The notes under the pieces are model-generated. The model was given only the letters and a program-made list of their open reading frames with translations. It had not been told where the DNA came from and made no database searches. Made by a program: the position numbers and the translations under genes. From contig OZ024740.1 of assembly GCA_964016885.1 (NCBI GenBank), forward strand, positions 314,712,001-314,776,000: a stretch of 64,000 bases of DNA, given 5' to 3'. Source of the stretch: Eledone cirrhosa. Taxonomy: Eukaryota. Of this stretch, positions 55,998-64,000 are shown piece by piece (position 1 is the first letter of the stretch; each line of letters begins with the position of its first letter).

Positions 55998-56717
55998 TTT
56001 CAGATTCCTCCATTTGAAACATAGGAGATTAGGATCCGGCAAACAAATATTAAATGTCGATTAGGTTTAGGGTTAGAGGTAGGGTTAGGCTTATGATTAA
56101 GGTTGGCGTAGAGGTTGAAGTTAAATTAGCTTTAGGGTTAGGGTTAGGGTTAGGGTTAGGGTTGGTGTTGAGGCTGAAGTTAGGTTACGGTTAGGGTTTT
56201 GACTAAGGTTGGTGTGGAGGTTGAAGTTAGGTTAGGGTTAGGGTTAGGGTTAGGGTTAATGTTGGTGTTAGGGTTAGGGTTAGTGTTAGGGTTAAGGTTG
56301 GTGTTGAGACTGAAGTTAGGTTAGGGTTACGGTTAGGGTTGGTGTTAGGGTTAGGGTTAGGGTTAAGGTTAGGGTTAGGGTTAGGGTTAGGGTTAGAGTT
56401 AAGGTTGGTGTTGAGGCTGAAGTTAGGTTACGGTTAGGGTTTTGACTAAGGTTGGTGTGGAGGTTAAAGTTAGGTTAGGGTTAGGGTTACGGTTCGGGTT
56501 GGTGTTAGGGTTAGGGTTGGGTTAGGGTTAGGGTTGGGTTAGGGTTAGGGTTGGTGTTAGGGTTAGGATTAGGGTTAGGGTTAGGGTTAGGGTTAGGGTT
56601 GGTGTTAGGGTTAGGGTTAGGGTTAAAGTTGGTGTTGAGACTGAAGTTAGGTTAGGTTTGAAGAGATTAAGAATCGTAATCTCCTATGTTTGAAATGTAG
56701 GAATCCGAAACTCCGCC
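55998..56717. repeat. Interstitial (TTAGGG)n-like array (~56060-56660) bounded by ~40-bp inverted repeats
   Basis: TTAGGG with TTGGTG/TTGAGG/CTGAAG variants. 55998-56037 matches the reverse complement of 56671-56710 with about 5 mismatches. Confidence 0.85.
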
Positions 56718-56749
56718 TATGCACATGCATATATGTATGTATGTATGTA

Positions 56750-58255
56750 TGCATTATGGAAGGTTCTCCAGAAACTTGGTTGCCCTGATAAGTTCCTTGC
56801 TTTAGTTAGGTCTTTCCATGACGAAATGAAGGCTTGGGTTAATGTCGGAGGTAACATGTCGGAGCCTATCTCAGTAAAAAATGGAGTGAAACAGGGGGAT
56901 ATTCCAGCACCGACCCTGTTTGCCATATACTTTGCAATGGTTTTCTGTATTGCATTCAGGAATTGCGAGCATGGTGTTTACATCCGATATCGAACCACAG
57001 GCAGCATATTTAACATCAGGCGCTTTGCTGCGAAGACAAAAGTATTTACATCAATCATAAGAGACCTCTTGTATGCAGATGATTGCGATCTTGTAGCGCA
57101 CACAGAGAGTGATATGCAGCACGTTTTGAATGCATTTTCTGACGCTTGCACTGCCCTAGGTTTGACTGTCAGTCTCAAGAAAACCGTCGTCATGTACCAA
57201 CCTGCCCCTGGTAAGCAGTACACTGAACCAAACATCTATGTGTATGGCAAACGACTTGGAGTGGTTGATCAGTTTGTCTACCTGGGAAGCACTGTCAATC
57301 GATACGGCAACCTTGACGGTGAAATCTCACTTAGGATTAGGAAAGCAAGTGATGCTTTCGGAAAGCTAGAAAGGCGACTCTGGGGTCGGCGAAACATATG
57401 CAGGAGGACAAAGGTAAAGGTGTACAGGGCATGTGTGCTCTCTTGTCTTCTTTATGCCTGCGAGACCTGGGTCACATATCGACACCACCTTAAGCAATTG
57501 GGACGTTTCCATCAGATGTGTCTCAGACGGATCCACGGCGTTCACTGGAGGGACCACATCAGTGATGTCGAGATTTTGGAAAGCTCTATGTGTGACAGTA
57601 TAGAAGTTCTTGTGCTTAAGCAACGACTCCGTTGGAGTGGTCACCTTGCCAGGATGAAGGATTCTAGAATACCAAAACAACTCTTTTATGGAGAGTTGGT
57701 TAAAGGAAAACGACCGCCACATAAACCCAAAAAAAGAGGTATAAGGATTCCTTGAAAGCCTCTCTGAAAGACGCTAACATCTCTGCTGATACATGGGAAA
57801 ATATTGCTGCTGACCGTAATAAATGGAGAAAGACTGTATATGAGGGAAAAGTTGCCTTTGAGGCATCTCGAATCGCATACGAGAAAGTAAAGCGGGATGT
57901 GAGGAAGGGCATTGCTGTTGCACTTCCAGACGGCGAGGGTCCTCCTATGGTGCTGACATGCAGCGTCTGTGCGAGACTCTGCCTAAGCAAAGCTGGACTC
58001 GAAAGTCATCTTCGCAGTCATAAAGTAAGACCAGTGGTTGACTACCAGGCTGCTGTTGGAGATGCTACTCATTATGCTTGCCAAACATGTGGTAGAGAAT
58101 GTAAATCAGCAGGAGGGCTCAAGCGACATGCAAAAGTACACGAACTCCAACCACAGCCGACTATTCCCAGTGAATGTTTTGGTTGCCGACTCTGTGCAAG
58201 ACATTTTAGATCATTGGCTGGGCTAAAAAGCCACATTCGATCGCAGCACTGTTAG
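56750..58255 (+). pseudogene. RTE (BovB-like) LINE RT, 5'-truncated, with one frameshift at the A-run ~57730 and three C-terminal C2H2 fingers
   Basis: GVKQGDIPAPTLF, LLYADD, FVYLGS, LLYACETW, LRWSGHLARM. Continues KRYKDSLKASLK...CSVC..H..H, CQTC..H..H, CRLC..H..H. Confidence 0.92.
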
Positions 58256-58385
58256 TTGCTATCGTATGTGTGTGTGTGTATAGATATGCTTATGTGTGTG
58301 CGTGTATGTGTATATATATATATATGTATATTATTATTGTTGTTGTCGTTATTATTATTGTTATATATATATGTTTATATATGTA

Positions 58386-58777
58386 CGAGGGCAATCCCAA
58401 AAGTAAAGTCTCCTTCCGATGTTGCAACTTTTCCGTTAAAACCCTGTGGATGGTGCTTCGGGAAACCTCAGGAACCAAAATACAGAGAGCATCCAGAGTG
58501 ATCCGCCGATCTTTACGCATGTTTTCCTCGGAAGGAGACCTTACTTTTGGGATTGCCCTCTATATAATAACTGCGCGAAATTCGCACTTGGCGGTAGCGT
58601 TCAACGGGAGCTCCATTCTCAACGGCTGCCTAGCCAAGATTGAGCATTCCAGCGAAGCGCACGCATGATTGTTTGGGAGTGAAGGAAGCACCAATCACAA
58701 CAATGTTGCCAACAGCCGTACGAACAGTTTCTCTGCGTCCCCATCGCTTTGGAGACCTTACTTTTGGAATTAGCCTC

Positions 58778-58778
<1 letters not shown>
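58386..58778 (-). mobile_element. Internally deleted, rearranged mariner with three TIR copies
   Basis: TIR CGAGG.(C/T)AAT.CCAAAAGTAA.GTCTCC at 58386, 58560 and 58778, with TA flanks. Transposase pieces MELPLNATAKCEFRAVI and the HTH RKDRRITL...VSRSTIHRVLTEKL. Confidence 0.75.
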
Positions 58779-58847
<69 letters not shown>

Positions 58848-58928
58848 GTAAGTTACTCCGGGTTGAATTTGAGGTAACAACAGTAAGTAAGGTACTCAAT
58901 ACATAGCAGAGTATAAAAGTTTTAACAT

Positions 58929-58979
58929 AGATTCCTGATGATTTCTAAAGAATGAAACAGTTCTAGTCCTGTAGAATCT
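58929..58979 (+). ncRNA. Complete hammerhead ribozyme of family C
   Basis: AGATTC-CTGATGA-TTTC(TAAA)GAAT-GAAA-CAG(TTCTAGTC)CTG-TA-GAATCT, within the inverted element 58848-58990. Confidence 0.8.
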
Positions 58980-58987
58980 CATCTATG

Positions 58988-59027
<40 letters not shown>

Positions 59028-59468
59028 TCAAAGGCAAAACAATGACCACTGACGTCGTCTGAGCTTTTAGTTGTGTATTTGAGAATTCATCGGTTTCCAA
59101 TCAAGTAGCGTGAGGAAATTTGGCTTAGTGTTAGAGGTCATTACCTCCATCCCCCAGCATTCACTTTCGTCAGTCTCCCGCGTTTCTCAGTGATAGAGGT
59201 CATAACCACTCTCCCCCGCATGGCCTGTGTGTGGCCATAGATGAGTCATCGAGAAGCAGTCGCTAAGATCCACACCTTTTCATCAAAGCAGATTTTATTT
59301 TACCTACCCAGGCAACGCTGGATACTGCTGCTAGTATTATATATAATAAAGTACCAGTAATGTACTGAAATAATTGCTGGCTTCGTGCCAAAAGTAGAAA
59401 CAATTATACTCCTTTTTTATACAACTGTAAATAACATGTTTATGTATGCATATATACGTATATCATTA

Positions 59469-60660
59469 TCTATAAAAGGCAGATTGTTGTTGTTGTGTGT
59501 GTGTGCATGTTCCATGTTTATACATTTGCACAATTTCAAACCGATTCGACTCAACGTCTGTAAGAATGTTGTAAATGGTCTAACTTAGGTCAACGACTAT
59601 TTATTTCATTCAAACTCACCCACAATTATGGAAATAATCGATAAAACTAAATACATGACGCTCTACCCTCTAATAGAATCTGGTTACCTCTCTCTACTCT
59701 CCTTAAAATTCAATAAAACTACATACCAGCTTACAAACTTCCTTTAGGAACGCCGAAGAGAGAGAGGGGAGAGAGAGGGGAGAGAGAGGGGAGAGAACGT
59801 TTGTTTGTGAGTGTGGAACGGTCAAACATTTATTTACTTCAATGACAAAGAGAACTTATTACATTTCATACGAAACAACAATTATTCAAAAGCAACAGAT
59901 AAATTTATTCAACAACAAAAAAAAGTAGCGATAAATCTTTTTTAAAACCTCTCAACGAACGTGGAAGAAAGAAGTATCAGTTTATTTACTATACACAATA
60001 ATATCCTCTATGAGGTCACTAAACCTGCTAGAAACAGCAGCTAACTCTCCCCCATATCACACTCCTCCCTACTGTCTTAAATTTAGAAAACATATCCTCT
60101 ATGAGGTCACTAAACCTGCTAGAAACAGCAGCTAACTCTCCCCCATATCACACCACTCCATACTGTCTTAAATTTAGAAAACACATATCCTCTATGAGGT
60201 CACTAAACCTGCTAGAAACAGCAGCTAACTCTCCTCCTATCACACCACTCCCTACTGTCTTAAATTTAGAAAACACTTATCCTCTATGAGGTCACTAAAC
60301 CTGCTAGAAACAGCAGCTAACTCTCCCCCATATCACACCCCTCCCTACTGTCTTAAATTTAGAAAACACACATTAGACAACCATGCAGAACAAGTCCATC
60401 GCAGCTCTGTTGTTCGGCTGGCATCTTCTACGCGCGTGTTGCACAAGTACCGTGAAACAATAAATTTCAACACTTCTTTATATAATATCCATAGGCGAAA
60501 CTACAATTGTCACTGCTGGCGCAGCTCCTGCTTCGGCAGTCCAGGTCTGCAATTCATTCACCCAGTGCCTGGCAGACAAAAAAGTGCTGCCATAAAATGG
60601 GTGGTGCAACCTAACTTTGGTAACTTACTGACACCGAGCAACGCCGGGCTTTAATGCTAG
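59469..60660 (+). mobile_element. Helitron-like element, second family
   Basis: A|TCTATAAAAGGCAG start. 3' CCG-AGCAACGC-CGG hairpin, then CTAG|T. Confidence 0.6.
60001..60368. repeat. Minisatellite, 4 x 91-93 bp
   Basis: ATCCTCTATGAGGTCACTAAACCTGCTAGAAACAGCAGCTAACTCTCC...GTCTTAAATTTAGAAAAC repeated four times. Confidence 0.95.
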
Positions 60661-61774
60661 TATACGTATAAAGGAATGTTGTAATAAAATGTACAAATTA
60701 AACTGTCTCTTATTTATGATACTAACACTATATATATATACACACACTATATATACATATATACACAAACACACAGATAGCGAAGTCAATATACAGATGC
60801 AGACAGGCAGACATACAGAGACATATTATAAGGGCGCGACGTTGTAGCTATGTATCTATCTAAAAATACAGACTAAGAAAGAGAGAGGAATGTCGTATAA
60901 CCAGAAGTGTTGACATTTGAACATTTTAAAGAAGTGAATATTTAAATAATATCTTTAATCTTTTAACAAAATTTAATAGACAAAAATACCCTCACTTTCT
61001 TACTTGGAAAAAGTTACATCTATGGTGCAAATTTGGTGCTGTTTGGTTCAGCCGTTTGGCGAAAAGTTTGTTACATACATACGGCCGTCAGCTTTATTAG
61101 TATAGATATATTATTTATAATTTTCATGTAGGCAGGTCTCTCTGGAAATAAGGGTGGGGTGTGCTGAGGGTATTACATAGCCGTGAGGGGAGGGGGCGGT
61201 GGCCCAAAAAGTTTGAGAGCCTCTGCGCTAGTCAACCTTCCTTTTTAACACCAGGCTAAGCCAAATGTGGAGACAGGGAGAAGATGGATCAGCTGGCATG
61301 AGTATACGATTTTGAGGGACTTACTCATGTCAGTTTCCCGTTCGTTATTCTATTCTGTTAATTGTAATTACACAATGTTCACTGCATGTACACGTGTATA
61401 TCTTTAATCCATACACAAAACATATATAGTAGCAGTTTGAAATGGGACCGACATTTCATATTTGCCCTGGGTTTATTGCAAGAATTGTACGGACTACTCG
61501 TCTCCCCAACTATATCTTACTCCTAAATACTGCATTAAACAGCTTGCCCTAATATGCACCCCCCCACTCCAGCGGTAACTGCCTACCACCGGTACATGTT
61601 ATTGTTGATAATGTTTATTCCAAAGTCAGCCATGATTCACCAAATTTATGATCATGACATTCCAGTTGTGATAAATCCGTCCTTTTTTTGTGTAACGAAC
61701 CTCCAACAAAACGTGAGGAAATTTGGTTGCTATATCTAGCAGATCAAGCAACCGCCTTGAGGTTCCTTTGCTCA

Positions 61775-62890
61775 TTGTTATACGTGTATTCAGTGAAAAC
61801 AGATGTCAATATCTTATACATGGTTGTTAAGCAGACGATAGGCTTATAGTTTTTGTGTTCGTTCGTTTCTTCGTTTTTCAGAAGTAAGAATGTAACACCA
61901 TTAACTAGCCAAGAGGGCATCTTATCTGATTCTTGTTGTTGAGTCTTGTCAGCTGTTCATAGTTTTCTGAAAAAGGATTCAGCCAAAAAATAAAAAAATG
62001 TTATCCTTTCCTGGGGACTTGCATTTGCTTGATTTTCTGAGAGCAGATATTATATCCTGTACCTTGATTTCCTTTAACATTCGGTTACTCTAAACGCAAT
62101 ACAATGGATTTCAGAGTGATAGAAAATGTACACGTTTATATCTTTAATCCATACACAAAACGTATATATGAACAGTTTGAAATGGGACAGACATTTCACA
62201 TTTGCACTGAGTTTATTGCAAGAATTGTACGGACCTGCTCGTCTCTATACTATATCTTACCCCTAAATACTAACTATTGATTTTCTAAGTTGACAAGATA
62301 ATCTATTAATCCAAGGATAATTTTTGTTGTCGCATTTTTTTTCTGCCAAAATTTTACCCCAAAATTCCAAGTCTTCCCTAGAGACCTCAAGAGACAGCAA
62401 GTTATAAGTGGACATTATGACTGGGATGGTTGATAACTGCCATATTTTTTTAGGGAAGAATGTAGTTCAGTAACAGCGATTTGTTTGGATTATGTACCTT
62501 GAGTTTGTAAGAAGTATTGTTCTAGAAAATGTTTGTCAAATCATAAGAAAATCAACAGTTTGTTTTAAAGTAGTTGTTTGGTGCTATAACGATAGTATAA
62601 CGGTGAAAAACAATGTTTTGGAGTTGCACAGAATATTTTTCGTAGGATATGAGCAGTTCCCATGAGTAATATTCTCTGAATGCCTTCAGTTTAGGGATTT
62701 CTTTTGATTTCATCCCCTTTTACTATTATTTCTAAGGTATCTACAAGCACAGGTGGTGTTTTAGTCCTGAGTTTCCATATTTTGCCAATTTCTGTTTCAA
62801 GATCTTTGTACTTGTCAGATTTTGGGAAGGTCCCGACAGATATATTTATATTGATTTGGACAGTCATATCGATGAGGAGGCATGACTTTT
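61775..62890 (-). mobile_element. R4/Dong-clade LINE fragments (RT N-part 61775-62075; restriction-like endonuclease 62640-62890)
   Basis: DKMPSWLVNGVTFLL.K....KNYKPIVCLTTMYKILT; CLLIDMTV....KSDKYKDLETEIGKIWKLRTK. Confidence 0.75.
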
Positions 62891-63001
62891 TCTGAACAAC
62901 AGGTTTCAGATGTCAGCAGACAGGCAGAGAGACTGACAGACAGACATCTGTATGTAAACAAATAATGCACGAAGCCGAATTTTCGGCTTTCTAAGCACTG
63001 A

Positions 63002-63058
<57 letters not shown>

Positions 63059-63322
63059 TATAAAGAAAGTGCTCAAGCGCAGAAATGCTATAAAGATAGC
63101 TTTGACATGGAGGAAATCGTAATGGCTACTTAGCTTAATGATTAAAGCGTCTAGCCGGTATCTGGAAGATATGGGGTTTATTTCTTCATAGCGGCAGATG
63201 GCATCTTCTCTTTTCGTCTCTTTAGGGTATTTATCTTATTTTATAAGCTATAATTGTAACATTTGTGCGCTTGACCATTTTCTTTGTACATATATACATA
63301 TATATATACATAGTTTCTCACC

Positions 63323-63441
<119 letters not shown>

Positions 63442-64000
63442 AGGGTACTCCACTTTTCCCCTGCCTCCACGCCACATGTTGTTAATAACAGAATATTAAC
63501 TTTGGCAAAGCTTCTCAAAAGGCTGCGATTTTAACGAAATATTTGAAATTACTCCTTGTTTAAGAATCTTGTAAACATCTCAAGGTTTTTAAGGTCATAG
63601 AGAAAAAAAACAATTTGTTCATTAAAAATGAAATTGGATTTATGGGCGCGGGGTAGTCAGGAAATTTTGAAGTTTTGTTCTTTTGCTTTTCCGAAAGTAT
63701 TTAAACAAAGAAAATATTACAATTTGGTTAAATATTAAATACTGATGAGTCTATTTAATATAATGGTTTCTACTTTTTTTTACTTTGAAAATAATTGTTT
63801 CTACTTTAGGCACAATGCCAGCAATATTGGGGGAAGGGAAAATCGATTAGACCGACCCCAGTGCATTACTGGGGCTTTATTGATCGACCCCGTAAGGATG
63901 AAAGGCAAAGCTAACCTCGGCGGGATTTGAGCTTACAATGTAAAGGGCCGTAACTCTATGCTGCGAAATATAAATATAAGTACACACATACATATATATA

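Noticed and set aside
56060-56660. True telomere or head-to-head fusion site
   Set aside because: The array is internal, in a single orientation, degenerate and IR-bounded.
60001-60368. CRISPR-like array
   Set aside because: The whole unit repeats with no unique spacers, and the context is eukaryotic.

Overview
AT-rich, microsatellite-dense animal genomic DNA, most likely a coleoid cephalopod (Octopus-like, inferred from the SINE/LINE repertoire). I cannot support any intact host gene, and nearly all supplied ORFs are microsatellite artefacts or transposon fragments. The window is a mosaic of mobile elements. It holds a 5'-truncated Penelope-like element (PLE, Naiad-type RT + GIY-YIG) with inverted pseudo-LTRs, plus RTE, RTEX-like (PHD finger inside the RT), CR1, CRE and R4/Dong LINE fragments. 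It also holds tRNA-derived SINEs, a DD37D (maT) mariner, MITEs, non-autonomous Helitrons and a TTAGGG array bounded by inverted repeats. There are two main unexplained signals. (1) About 16 hammerhead-ribozyme (HHR) motifs from roughly a dozen unrelated sequence families, many with variant cores (U3:A8, U4A, U10.1-U11.1, C10.1-A11.1, a 125-nt stem II). Most lie inside short fold-back palindromes planted in (TA)n tracts, and in one family the fold-back axis falls in the putative ribozyme stem II. (2) A ~600-bp bipartite RTE derivative (structured 5' head plus a 35-codon C2H2 zinc-finger ORF intact in all five copies) that is stacked in tandem in (TACA/TATG)n. All calls were read by eye with no database searches, and coordinates may be off by a few bases.
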